Shown: positions 9,208 through 18,789 of the stretch, in pieces
How the letters are laid out: every line of letters starts with the position of its first letter
How positions within the stretch are numbered: position 1 is the stretch's first letter
Source: Thermodesulfovibrionales bacterium
GTDB taxonomy: Bacteria; Nitrospirota; Thermodesulfovibrionia; Thermodesulfovibrionales; SM23-35
Assembly: GCA_049700155.1 (NCBI GenBank)
Contig: JBNAVX010000020.1
Span: 13,906-77,905 of the forward strand
Length of the DNA: 64,000 nucleotides
Reading direction: 5' to 3'
Program-made: the position numbers and the translations under genes
Notes under the pieces: generated by a model
What the model saw: the letters and a program-made list of their open reading frames with translations, nothing else
Databases searched by the model: none
Told to the model about the DNA's origin: nothing

Positions 9208-9572
9208 AGGATATTTTTATCCTTTAATTAATATAGCAATGACCATACCTGATAATCATGGCTATCCATAATTCAGTTAATTAGTTTTTTAACAATAATC
9301 TAAAACAAATATCAAGAAAGAAGAAGTTCTAAATTTTTTGCAACTAAAGTTTCAAATTTAAATATCATATTATAAATCATTGAAATTAAATAAAAATAGA
9401 GATTTTAAATAAAAAATAACAAAAAATTAAAATATTTATTATTTTTAAATAACCTGATTTGGAGAGTAAGATATAAGATGTTTCTAAAGGAAACAATAAA
9501 CATAAAAATTGTAACCTTTAGATATATTTTAGTGGAGAGATTCTTCTTAAAATAAATTTATTTTATTAAAAG

Positions 9573-10877
9573 TTATGCCTTCTTTACTTTATCATGGTTT
9601 TTAAAATTTTTAGGTAACATATTTCTTGTATCAATGATAAGATTTGAATTAGCGAAAATTAATTCAGGGTCATAGACCGAGTGGTCGGTTGCAATAATCA
9701 CACAATCATATTTCATAAGATTTTCAGCAGTAAGAGGAACTGATTCTTTTTCTACCTTATATCTTCTCATCTTAGGAGCCTTTGGAATAAAAGGGTCATT
9801 ATAATCTACGATTGCTCCTTTTTTTTCAAGAAGCTCTATCAATTTAAACGATGGTGACTCACGAGGGTCATCCACATCTTTTTTGTATGCCAACCCAAGT
9901 ATCAATATCTTTGAGCCTTTAATACCTCTACCATTACTATTAAGAGCATCAACAGTCTTTTGAACTACATAATAAGGCATATTAGTATTAATTTCACCAG
10001 CGAGTTCTATAAACCGTGTTGGAAAATCATATTCCCTTGCCTTCCATGTAAGATAGAAGGGATCAATCGGTATACAATGTCCACCAAGACCAGGACCTGG
10101 ATAAAATGCATGAAACCCAAAAGGCTTTGTTTTTGCTGCTTCTATTACCTCCCATATATCAATTCCCATTCTTTCAAACAACATCTTTAGCTCGTTCACA
10201 AGTGCAATATTTACTGCCCTATAAATATTCTCAAGAAGTTTTGCAGCCTCTGCAACTCTCGTTGATGAAACCGGCACTGTCTTTTTAACAATCTGACTAT
10301 AAAGCAAGTCAGCAACCTCAAGACATTTAGCAGTACATCCACCTACAATTTTAGGTATAGTGCTTAGATTAAAGTCTTTATTATTAGGGTCTTCACGTTC
10401 AGGAGAATATGCAAGATAAAAATCAGTACCAGTCTTAAGCCCTGATTCTTCAAGTATAGGTTTCATGTTCTCATCGGTAGTACCAGGGTATGTTGTTGAT
10501 TCAAGCACTATAAGTTGTCCTTTTTTTAAATATTTTGCAATTGTCTTTGTAGTATTGATTACATATGAAAGATCTGGCTCCCGATGCCTATTGAGAGGTG
10601 TTGGGACACATACAATAATGCAGTCCACAGATTTAAGTTTCGAGAAATCCGATGTAGCAGAGAAACGAGATCTGTTTTGGTTTATATACGATATATTAAT
10701 ATGTTTAATATAGCTTTTCCCTTGATTGAGTAATCTTACCTTTCTTTCATCAATGTCAAAACCGATTACCTTAAACCCTGCTCTACAGAACGCAATAACA
10801 AGTGGTAAGCCAACATATCCAAGACCTATGACACCTATAACAGCCTTTTTAAATCTAATCTTATCAAGTAAATTCAT
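9573..10877 (-). CDS. Nucleotide-sugar 6-dehydrogenase (UDP-N-acetyl-D-mannosamine/glucosamine dehydrogenase family, WecC/TviB/WbpA-like)
   Basis: 434 aa. VIGLGYVGLPLV is the NAD-binding motif. GGHCIPIDP carries the catalytic Cys typical of this subfamily. Confidence 0.9.
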   Translation of the reverse strand: MNLLDKIRFKKAVIGVIGLGYVGLPLVIAFCRAGFKVIGFDIDERKVRLLNQGKSYIKHINISYINQNRSRFSATSDFSKLKSVDCIIVCVPTPLNRHREPDLSYVINTTKTIAKYLKKGQLIVLESTTYPGTTDENMKPILEESGLKTGTDFYLAYSPEREDPNNKDFNLSTIPKIVGGCTAKCLEVADLLYSQIVKKTVPVSSTRVAEAAKLLENIYRAVNIALVNELKMLFERMGIDIWEVIEAAKTKPFGFHAFYPGPGLGGHCIPIDPFYLTWKAREYDFPTRFIELAGEINTNMPYYVVQKTVDALNSNGRGIKGSKILILGLAYKKDVDDPRESPSFKLIELLEKKGAIVDYNDPFIPKAPKMRRYKVEKESVPLTAENLMKYDCVIIATDHSVYDPELIFANSNLIIDTRNMLPKNFKNHDKVKKA

Positions 10878-10950
10878 ATATACTATATAAAACGAGTATC
10901 AAAAGTAAAAGTATACTCTTAAGAGTCCATAATACCCATTAAATTCTTAG

Positions 10951-10997
10951 TAGTGGGGAGAAGATTTGAACCTCTTACCTTCGGATAATAACCCCAC
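10951..10997 (-). other. tRNA-like acceptor-stem/T-arm minihelix (truncated tRNA relic lacking D and anticodon arms)
   Basis: The minus strand reads GTGGGG-TTATTATCCGAAGGTA-AGAGG-TTCAAAT-CTTCT-CCCCAC-TA. This gives a canonical T-arm (G53, TTCAAAT loop, C61), a 6-bp acceptor stem and an A discriminator. I could not fold a D arm or anticodon arm. Confidence 0.35.
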
Positions 10998-11120
10998 ATG
11001 CTACAGGACTATTCTACACCGTAATTTTTACAATACCTTAAATAACTGCCTTTTTTCAAATTTACTCAATCAATTAATGTTATAAAAATGATCTTTATAA
11101 ACTACATTAAAAATAGAAGC

Positions 11121-12188
11121 TCAGAATAAACCCTGTGGAGCATTCTTCCCAAAATGCTGATATGCAATTTTTGTGGCGACTCTGCCGCGAGGTGTCCTGT
11201 CAAGAAGACCTTCCTGCAACAGAAATGGTTCATAAACATCCTCTAAGGTCTCTTTATCTTCTCTCAAAGAAGCAGCAATCGTCTCGATTCCAACAGGACC
11301 ACCCTTGTATTTTTCTATTATCGTAAGAAGAAGCCTTCTGTCCATCTCATCAAGTCCTCTTTCATCTACGTCAAGCGAGAGCAAAGAGCTCTTTGTTATT
11401 TCAAGGTTGATCTTTCCATCACCTTTAACCTGTGCAAAGTCTCTTATCCTTCTTAAGAGCCTGTTTGCTATCCTTGGAGTCCCTCTTGAGCGTCGGGCAA
11501 TCTCAAATGCAGCATCATCATCAATATCAGTCTTGAGTATCATAGATGAACGCAGGATAATCTTTTTAAGCTCTTCAGGTGAGTAGAATTCAAGCCTGTT
11601 TATCACACCAAAGCGTTCTCTCAAAGGAGATGTGAGTAACCCCGTCCTTGTAGTAGCACCAATTAAAGTGAATTTAGGAAGATTTAACTTCAGTGTTCGT
11701 GCACTTGGACCCTGTCCTATAATAATGTCAAGTTGATAATCCTCCATTGCGGGGTAAAGGATTTCTTCCACAATCCTCGGCAACCTGTGAATCTCATCTA
11801 TAAAGAGGATATCAAGTTCGGATAGATTTGTCAGGATTGCTGCGAGGTCACCTGGTCTTTCGAGAACAGGTCCTGAAGTTGTCTTTATATTAACCTTTAA
11901 TTCAGTGGCTATTATATGTGCAAGAGTCGTTTTTCCAAGGCCTGGTGGTCCACAGAAAAGCACATGGTCAAGTGGGTCTCTTCTCTTACCAGCAGCCTCT
12001 ATAAATATCCTGAGATTATCCTTTATCTTATCCTGTCCTATAAACTCTTCAAATGACCTCGGTCTTAAGGTCATTTCATAAGCAAAGTCTTCCTGAGAAA
12101 CAACTGGATTAATTGTTCTATTAACTACAAAACCTTTTTCTGATTGTCTGGTATGATTACCTGTCTTTTTCATTATGTAACCTATCAC
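11121..12188 (-). CDS. ruvB: Holliday junction branch migration DNA helicase RuvB
   Basis: 355 aa. Walker [12 protein letters not shown] and LFIDEIHRL, with full-length RuvB similarity. The GTG start overlaps the ruvA stop (GTGA); an alternative ATG lies at 12173. Confidence 0.97.
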   Translation of the reverse strand: MIGYIMKKTGNHTRQSEKGFVVNRTINPVVSQEDFAYEMTLRPRSFEEFIGQDKIKDNLRIFIEAAGKRRDPLDHVLFCGPPGLGKTTLAHIIATELKVNIKTTSGPVLERPGDLAAILTNLSELDILFIDEIHRLPRIVEEILYPAMEDYQLDIIIGQGPSARTLKLNLPKFTLIGATTRTGLLTSPLRERFGVINRLEFYSPEELKKIILRSSMILKTDIDDDAAFEIARRSRGTPRIANRLLRRIRDFAQVKGDGKINLEITKSSLLSLDVDERGLDEMDRRLLLTIIEKYKGGPVGIETIAASLREDKETLEDVYEPFLLQEGLLDRTPRGRVATKIAYQHFGKNAPQGLF

Positions 12189-12769
12189 TCATGATCGCCT
12201 GTTAGATATTTTAATGACTCCTTAAGTAGTTTCTCAATGTCATTATATCCACCCGATTCTAACTTTCTGTATGCCTTTTCAAGCGATTCCTGAGCAATAG
12301 ATCTTTTATATCCAAGATTTATCAGAGCTGATAGCGTATCTTCAAAAATCCTGTCTTTCGTTACCCTTGCAGGAAGCTTTTCCCTAAGTTCAAGAATCAA
12401 TCTGTGTGCAGTCTTCTTACCGAGTCCGGGTATCCTACATAGCATTCCTATATCTTCTGTCTCTATTGCATGTAAAAGGTCATTGTGAGAAATTCCAGAT
12501 AGTATATTAAGAGCCATTTTAGGTCCAATACCTGTAATGCTAAGAAGGGTAAGGAAGACCTTCTTTTCGTCTTCGGATATAAATCCATAAAGCTGTAACA
12601 CATCCTCACGTATATGGGTATAAATATATAAAAAAATTTCCTTCCCTTCTTCTGGAAGGTTTGAGAGGATACTGAAAGGAACAATTACCTGATAACCGAC
12701 ACCATTAACATCAATAATCACAGAGTCAGGCTTTTTTGAAATAAGTTTCCCTCTTAATGAACCGATCAT
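12185..12769 (-). CDS. ruvA: Holliday junction DNA helicase subunit RuvA
   Basis: 194 aa. [10 protein letters not shown]-terminus and two helix-hairpin-helix motifs ([15 protein letters not shown]). Confidence 0.95.
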   Translation of the reverse strand: MIGSLRGKLISKKPDSVIIDVNGVGYQVIVPFSILSNLPEEGKEIFLYIYTHIREDVLQLYGFISEDEKKVFLTLLSITGIGPKMALNILSGISHNDLLHAIETEDIGMLCRIPGLGKKTAHRLILELREKLPARVTKDRIFEDTLSALINLGYKRSIAQESLEKAYRKLESGGYNDIEKLLKESLKYLTGDHE

Positions 12770-12789
12770 GAATCAGTCTTATTTATTGC

Positions 12790-13458
12790 TCACAATTTAT
12801 TAATTATATTTTTTAATCTGATAGTATTCATATGGCATATCGCAAGCGCAAGGGCATCAGAAGCATCTTCATCGAGAACAAAACCTGATGTGCATATATT
12901 AAAACTCGGGAATAGTATCTTCTTAACCATCTCCTGAACCTGTCTTTTTTCAGCCCTACCATATCCAGTAATAGCCTTTTTAACCTCAAGCGCACTATAT
13001 TCATATATACTAAGATTTTCTGATGAAGCAGCGAGCAATACTACACCCCTTATCTGTCCAAGGTTCAATGCTGATTTTGCACTCTTAGCAAAAAAAACCT
13101 TCTCTACTACGACTTCATGGGGATTATATTCTTTAATGAGATTTATAAGTGTGATATAAAGATTTTTTAACCTCATATGGAATGGCTTCTTCAAAGATAA
13201 GTCAATCTTTCCTGAAGCAACATAAATACAATCTTGAGTCACGCTATTGGGGTTGAGGAAACCTTTCAATCCAGATATCTTATTGATTTGCTCAAGAGCA
13301 ATATTTGTATCAATAATCCCATAACCTGTGATACTACCAGGGTCTATTCCGAGGATACGAACCTCTCCACATAAGACTGATGCCTTACCTTTAGAATGTT
13401 CGCTATTTTTTCCTTGGTACCTCAAAGAGTATCTCCTCCACCATACGGCAGAGGACAT
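12790..13458 (-). CDS. ruvC: Crossover junction endodeoxyribonuclease RuvC (start uncertain)
   Basis: The conserved core ILGIDPGS...DASDALALAICH begins near 13356. The only canonical in-frame starts are ATG 13458 and TTG 13464, which add about 34 non-conserved residues and overlap the gmhA 3' end. GGAGAGG lies 5 nt upstream of an in-frame ATC at 13356 (see findings). Confidence 0.85.
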   Translation of the reverse strand: MSSAVWWRRYSLRYQGKNSEHSKGKASVLCGEVRILGIDPGSITGYGIIDTNIALEQINKISGLKGFLNPNSVTQDCIYVASGKIDLSLKKPFHMRLKNLYITLINLIKEYNPHEVVVEKVFFAKSAKSALNLGQIRGVVLLAASSENLSIYEYSALEVKKAITGYGRAEKRQVQEMVKKILFPSFNICTSGFVLDEDASDALALAICHMNTIRLKNIINKL

Positions 13459-13987
13459 GTCCAAGAGTTATATGTGTCTCTTGAATACGCGGAGTTTTAT
13501 CAGATGGAACAATAAAAGCAAAATTTGCCTTTGATGCTAATTTCTCTCCTTTTAATCCTGTGAATGCAATCGTAGTCAATCCCTTCTTTTTTGCAACATC
13601 CATTGCCTTCAACACATTAGGAGAATTACCGCTTGTACTAATTGCAATAACAACGTCCCCTTCATCTGCAAGTGATTTTAGTTGTTTTGCAAATATTTCC
13701 GAAAAGTCATAATCATTCGCAATGGATGTAATTACAGCCATATCTGTATTGAGAGACAAAGCTGGAAGGCTTGGGCGCTCTCTCTGAAATCTATTGACAA
13801 ATTCTGCTGCAATATGAGATGCATCGGATGCGCTCCCGCCATTACCAAAAAGAATCAATTTCTTCCCTCTATTGAAGGCATCAGCAATAACCTTTGAAGC
13901 TTCAATTATGGTATCAACATGGTTCTCTACAAATCTCTTTTTTATCTCTATACTTTCTTCAAATGCCTTAAGTACTTTGTCCTTCAT
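13403..13987 (-). CDS. gmhA: D-sedoheptulose-7-phosphate isomerase (SIS domain, GmhA/DiaA family)
   Basis: 194 aa. LFGNGGSASDASHIAAEFVNRF is the SIS/GmhA signature. Confidence 0.85.
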   Translation of the reverse strand: MKDKVLKAFEESIEIKKRFVENHVDTIIEASKVIADAFNRGKKLILFGNGGSASDASHIAAEFVNRFQRERPSLPALSLNTDMAVITSIANDYDFSEIFAKQLKSLADEGDVVIAISTSGNSPNVLKAMDVAKKKGLTTIAFTGLKGEKLASKANFAFIVPSDKTPRIQETHITLGHVLCRMVEEILFEVPRKK

Positions 13988-14120
13988 CTAAAAAATCTCT
14001 GAGACTTAAAATTTAAATTTCATAATTAATTACAGCATCCCTTTTCCCACAGGAATAACAGATTATTTATGCATCACAACCAATTTATATCGTATAGGGT
14101 AACGCAACAAATTTTTTATG

Positions 14121-15122
14121 TCAATCATCAACTTTAATATTTGATGCCAAATTTATTGCCTCTATCATGCTCGATGGATCTGCAATTCCTTTCCATGCAA
14201 TATCATATGCTGTACCATGATCAGGAGAAGTGCGTATAAATGGCAACCCTACTGTCAAATTCACTCCCTTATCAAAGGCAATCATCTTCAAAGGAACCAA
14301 TCCCTGATCATGATACATACATACAACAATGTCAAATTCACCTTTATATGCTCTATGGAAAAGAGAATCAGCTGGGTATGGACCTGATACTGGAATACCT
14401 TCCTTTTGTGTCTCTATTATAGATGGGATTATCTCTTTTATCTCTTCATCTCCAAATAGACCCCCTTCTCCTGCATGTGGGTTCAACCCTGCGACTGCTA
14501 TTCGTGGATTCTTAATACCGAGTATCTGGCATGCCTTCATTGAAAGACGTATTGTTTTTATTATTCTATTTTTTTTTATCAATGAAGAAACTTTTTTTAA
14601 AGGAGTATGGATTGTGACAAGAATAACCTTTAGCGGACCACCTACAAGCATCATCGCATATTCTTTTGTATTTGTTAATTCAGCGAGCATTTCAGTATGT
14701 CCTTGCCATTTAAAACCAGCTAACTTCAATGATTCTTTTGATATAGGTGCTGTGACAATACCATCAACTAATTTTTCTAACGCTAACTCGACTGCTTTTT
14801 TAATGTAAACAACAGATGCCCTACCACCATCCCCAGTTGGTCTGCCCAAGGAAAATTTTTTGAATCTTTTGACCACTCCCATATCAATCAATCTGATGGT
14901 TCCAGCATCTGGTTTTAAATCGGGTCTTTCTGATGATTCAAGAATCTTAATTTTTAAAGGTTTCTTTAGAAACTTTATAGCCCCTTCCAATAGAACTCTG
15001 TCACCAATAACAACAGTAGAAAGGCAATCTTTTTTTATATTTTGAAAAGAGGAAAGAGCTTTAACGATTATTTCAGGACCAACCCCATAAGGGTCTCCCA
15101 TTGTGATAGCTAATTTCTTCAT
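14121..15122 (-). CDS. pdxA: 4-hydroxythreonine-4-phosphate dehydrogenase PdxA
   Basis: 333 aa. GDPYGVGPEI, GHTEMLAE and TSPDHGTAYDIA motifs. Confidence 0.93.
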   Translation of the reverse strand: MKKLAITMGDPYGVGPEIIVKALSSFQNIKKDCLSTVVIGDRVLLEGAIKFLKKPLKIKILESSERPDLKPDAGTIRLIDMGVVKRFKKFSLGRPTGDGGRASVVYIKKAVELALEKLVDGIVTAPISKESLKLAGFKWQGHTEMLAELTNTKEYAMMLVGGPLKVILVTIHTPLKKVSSLIKKNRIIKTIRLSMKACQILGIKNPRIAVAGLNPHAGEGGLFGDEEIKEIIPSIIETQKEGIPVSGPYPADSLFHRAYKGEFDIVVCMYHDQGLVPLKMIAFDKGVNLTVGLPFIRTSPDHGTAYDIAWKGIADPSSMIEAINLASNIKVDD

Positions 15123-15137
15123 ATGTTATACATAATA

Positions 15138-15911
15138 TTAAAAAGAAGAATACTCTTCTATTCCTGTAAGCTTCTTAAGTTTTGTGTAAATACTTTCAGC
15201 TATCTTGAAGAGATTTACCGTGTCTTCTCTATTGTAAAGAACCAGCAAATCAAGGGCTTTGCTGTTTCCTTTCTCTGCTTCCTGCCATAGAAGAACAGCA
15301 TCATAACCATCCATTCCATTGACTCTATCTTCTCTTTGAATCTCAAGATATTTTTCAAGTTTTTTTAATCCACCCTTTAAACCTACTCTCCTTGCTCCAA
15401 AACAAAGGTCAAAGTGTGGGATATCAATCTTTAAATGACGAAAGCATGTCTTAAGAAAGGGTATATCAAAAACAGAACCATAAAAAGTAATCAGATATTT
15501 ATATTTTGACAGCTCTTCATTAAGCGCATCTACTGTAAGGTTCTCACCTCTTATAAAACATCTGTAGCTCTCTCCATCATACATTCCGACAACTGTTACA
15601 TAACCACCTCTTCCAAGAGGAAGTCCATTTGTCTCTATGTCCAGACATATAGCATCTCCTTTAAACACATCGTAAAGCCTCCAGTGCTCATTCCTCTTAA
15701 GGGTGTTGGTAAAATAAGTAGAGTTTTTTTCCTTAAGTTTCGAATAGGCTGAAATTAGTATCCTATCAAAAATTTCCTTTCTCGCAGGATTCAAGAATGA
15801 GAGGTGCTTTGTATCAAGAAAGTGGTTCCATGTGAGAATACCTTCTCTCCATAGCCTCTTTTCGAGCTTATTGCCTATACCCTCAAGAATTATGAAGGTA
15901 TTCCTTATCAC
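15138..15911 (-). CDS. RNase H-like/DEDD 3'-5' exonuclease domain protein (YprB-like)
   Basis: 257 aa. CLDIETNGL (Exo I D-x-E), FYGSVFDIPFL and YNREDT motifs of the RNase_H_2/YprB family. Confidence 0.6.
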   Translation of the reverse strand: MIRNTFIILEGIGNKLEKRLWREGILTWNHFLDTKHLSFLNPARKEIFDRILISAYSKLKEKNSTYFTNTLKRNEHWRLYDVFKGDAICLDIETNGLPLGRGGYVTVVGMYDGESYRCFIRGENLTVDALNEELSKYKYLITFYGSVFDIPFLKTCFRHLKIDIPHFDLCFGARRVGLKGGLKKLEKYLEIQREDRVNGMDGYDAVLLWQEAEKGNSKALDLLVLYNREDTVNLFKIAESIYTKLKKLTGIEEYSSF

Positions 15912-16069
15912 AGCTCATATTATACATCATTCATAGCCATATGAAGAAACAACTGAGAAATATGCTACATATGTAATAAGATTTACAGACAAGGGTAGAT
16001 AAAAAAGAATAAAAAAGATACGATAAGAAACTTATAATTCCATTTTAATTTAAGTTAGAATAGTTTCCT

Positions 16070-17794
16070 ATGGAACCTATACTTTCAGAAATCTTTCAAC
16101 TTACAAAAGAACCAAGGATTGCATATTTCTCTATGGAGATAGGGATACAGAACAATATCCCCACTTATAGTGGGGGACTCGGTGTACTTGCAGGTGACAC
16201 AATAAGGTCTGGTGCTGACCTGAAACTACCTATGATTGCTGTAACACTCGTCAGTAAAAAAGGTTATTTCAGACAGGAACTTAATGAAAAAGGTAAGCAG
16301 ATAGAACTCCCTGACTCATGGGACCCATCGCAATATATGACACTTCTTCCAACAAAGGTATTTGTCCAGATTGAGGGCAGAGATGTTGCAGTTAAAGCTT
16401 GGCTTTATAAAGTAAAAAGTCTAACAGGTGGGATTATCCCTGTATTATTCCTTGATACTGATGTAGAGGAAAATACTCTTGAAGACAAGGAGATCACCTC
16501 TTATCTTTATGGTGGGGACCTGGCATACAGGCTGAAACAAGAGATCGTTCTTGGGATCGGCGGTGTAAGAATGCTCCATGAGCTTGGTTTTGAGATCAAA
16601 AAATACCACATGAACGAAGGACACTCAAGTCTCCTTACGATAGAACTCCTTAATATGTATAAACGTCCAATTGAAGATGTATGGGATGAAAAACTCGTAT
16701 GGGATAAAGATAGGGTAAAAGACCTCTGTGTATTCACAACACATACTCCAGTAGAGGCTGGTCATGATAAATTTCCCTATGACTTAGTAAAAAACATTAT
16801 GGGAGAGCTGATACCATTTGATGTATTGAAGGAACTCGGAGGAGATAAATATCTCAATATGACACTCCTTGGTTTGAATCTCAGTGAATATATAAATGGA
16901 GTTGCCAAAAAACACATGGAAGTCTCACGGAATATGTTCCCTGGATATGAAATCGCTGCTATTACAAATGGCGTTCACTCTTATACATGGACATGTGATA
17001 GTTTTAAAAGACTCTATGATAAATATTTACCTGGATGGGCAAATGAACCAGAATTGTTCGTTAGAGTTGGACGTATTCCAGATGTAGAAATATGGAATGC
17101 ACATATGGAAGCAAAAAGGAATCTCTGTGAATATATAAAAACAGAAACGGGTATTGAATTTAATCCTGAAATTCTCACAATAGGATTTGCAAGAAGGGCA
17201 ACTGCCTATAAAAGACCTGACCTTCTTTTCAGCAATATTGAGAGGCTTGAGAGGATAGGTGCTGGAAAACTCCAGATAGTTTACGCAGGAAAGGCACATC
17301 CAAAAGATGAACAGGGTAAAAAATTAATAGAACTTATATTCTCTTTTAAAGAAAGACTAAAGGATAAGATTAAGATAGCTTATCTGAAAAATTACGATAT
17401 GGAAATTGCCTTAAAACTCGTCTCGGGTGTTGATATCTGGCTCAATACCCCTTTAAGACCAAGAGAAGCATCAGGTACAAGTGGCATGAAGGCTGCGCAT
17501 AATGGAGTGTTGAACTTCAGTATTCTTGATGGTTGGTGGATAGAAGGACATATAGAAGGATATACTGGCTGGTCTATAGGTCCTCCTCCGACAGAGACAA
17601 AACTCACAGAAAACATGGATACAAGAGATGCGGATGACCTTTACAGTAAACTCGAATACATCATAATACCTTTATTCTACAATGATAGGTTTGCATGGAT
17701 AAGGATGATGCAGAATGCTATAGGGAAAAATGCTTACTATTTCAACAGCCACAGGATGATGAGGAGATACGTTACAGAGGCATATATAAGATGA
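16070..17794 (+). CDS. glgP: Alpha-glucan (glycogen/maltodextrin) phosphorylase, short GT35 type
   Basis: 574 aa. YFSMEIG...GGLGVLAGD N-terminus and EASGTSGMKAAHNGVLNFSILDGWW, the PLP-lysine motif. Confidence 0.9.
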   Translation: MEPILSEIFQLTKEPRIAYFSMEIGIQNNIPTYSGGLGVLAGDTIRSGADLKLPMIAVTLVSKKGYFRQELNEKGKQIELPDSWDPSQYMTLLPTKVFVQIEGRDVAVKAWLYKVKSLTGGIIPVLFLDTDVEENTLEDKEITSYLYGGDLAYRLKQEIVLGIGGVRMLHELGFEIKKYHMNEGHSSLLTIELLNMYKRPIEDVWDEKLVWDKDRVKDLCVFTTHTPVEAGHDKFPYDLVKNIMGELIPFDVLKELGGDKYLNMTLLGLNLSEYINGVAKKHMEVSRNMFPGYEIAAITNGVHSYTWTCDSFKRLYDKYLPGWANEPELFVRVGRIPDVEIWNAHMEAKRNLCEYIKTETGIEFNPEILTIGFARRATAYKRPDLLFSNIERLERIGAGKLQIVYAGKAHPKDEQGKKLIELIFSFKERLKDKIKIAYLKNYDMEIALKLVSGVDIWLNTPLRPREASGTSGMKAAHNGVLNFSILDGWWIEGHIEGYTGWSIGPPPTETKLTENMDTRDADDLYSKLEYIIIPLFYNDRFAWIRMMQNAIGKNAYYFNSHRMMRRYVTEAYIR

Positions 17795-17922
17795 CCCATT
17801 TATTTACAATTCACTATTTGACAGATTTGTCTAAAATAAGTTTTTTAGAAAAACCTGCATATTTTTTTATACACCCCTTTATCCCTCTTTTTAGAGGGGA
17901 TTAATGCATAATAAAGGCTAAT

Positions 17923-18789
17923 ATGATGGACACCCTGAAGGAAATAGAAGTTAATCTCGAGACTGAAGTCCGATTCCTTTCAGAAGAGATAGGACCAAGA
18001 AGTTATAGAGATTTAAGACAGCTTAACAAGGCAGCAGACCATATAGAAGAAAGAATGATGTCAATCGGTTGTAAAGTTAATAGACAAACCTTTAAATACA
18101 TGGGAAATTCATATCACAATATAATCGGGGAGTTGAAAGGCAAAAGAGACTCAGAAATCATTGTTTTAGGAGCTCATTATGACACTGTTCCGTATACCCC
18201 AGGTGCTGATGACAATGCAAGTGGTATCGCAGGACTTCTTGAACTTGCAAGACTTTGCATGATAGAAACACCTTCAAAGACCATATACTTTGTTGCATTC
18301 ACCCTTGAAGAGCCACCCTTATTTAAAACAAAGCATATGGGTAGTTATATCTATGCTGAAAGTTTATGGAAAAGAAATATAAAGATAGAAGGGATGATAT
18401 CATTAGAGATGATAGGATATTATTGTGATAAAAAGGGGTGTCAATATTATCCTCTACATTTCTTCAAATGGTTCTATCCAGAAAAAGGAGATTTTATAGC
18501 CTTTGTAGGAAATTTATCTTCAAAAGTATTTACAAAGAAGATAAAAAATGCATTTCAAATGTCCTGTAACTTGCCAGTGGAATCTCTTAACACTATCTCT
18601 CTTATTCCAGGAGTAGATTTCTCTGACCATTCTTCATTCTGGGACTTCGGTTATCCAGCTTTCATGATAACAGATACTGCTTTTTACAGAAATCCTCATT
18701 ACCATACTCCGGGAGACGAAGCAGATACCCTCAATTTTAAAAAGATGGCACTACTCATATATGGACTTAAATCTGCCATTACTCTTTAA
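17923..18789 (+). CDS. M28-family zinc aminopeptidase
   Basis: 288 aa. GAHYDTV...GADDNASG zinc-ligand motifs, plus EE and a late H. Confidence 0.8.
   Translation: MMDTLKEIEVNLETEVRFLSEEIGPRSYRDLRQLNKAADHIEERMMSIGCKVNRQTFKYMGNSYHNIIGELKGKRDSEIIVLGAHYDTVPYTPGADDNASGIAGLLELARLCMIETPSKTIYFVAFTLEEPPLFKTKHMGSYIYAESLWKRNIKIEGMISLEMIGYYCDKKGCQYYPLHFFKWFYPEKGDFIAFVGNLSSKVFTKKIKNAFQMSCNLPVESLNTISLIPGVDFSDHSSFWDFGYPAFMITDTAFYRNPHYHTPGDEADTLNFKKMALLIYGLKSAITL

Noticed and set aside
14329-14808. 159-aa plus-strand ORF inside pdxA; similar antisense ORFs occur at 4882-5313, 5473-5823, 24782-25192, 28259-28612, 31067-31399, 40786-41127, 41790-42143 and 50208-50564
   Set aside because: All of them overlap well-supported genes on the opposite strand and translate to low-complexity sequence. 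These are typical antisense shadow ORFs, not independent genes.
17882-17899. Hairpin TCCCTCT-TTTT-AGAGGGG after glgP as an intrinsic terminator
   Set aside because: The 6-7 bp stem is real, but it is not followed by a U-tract (GATTAATG). It is noted as a possible weak terminator only and is not reported as a feature.
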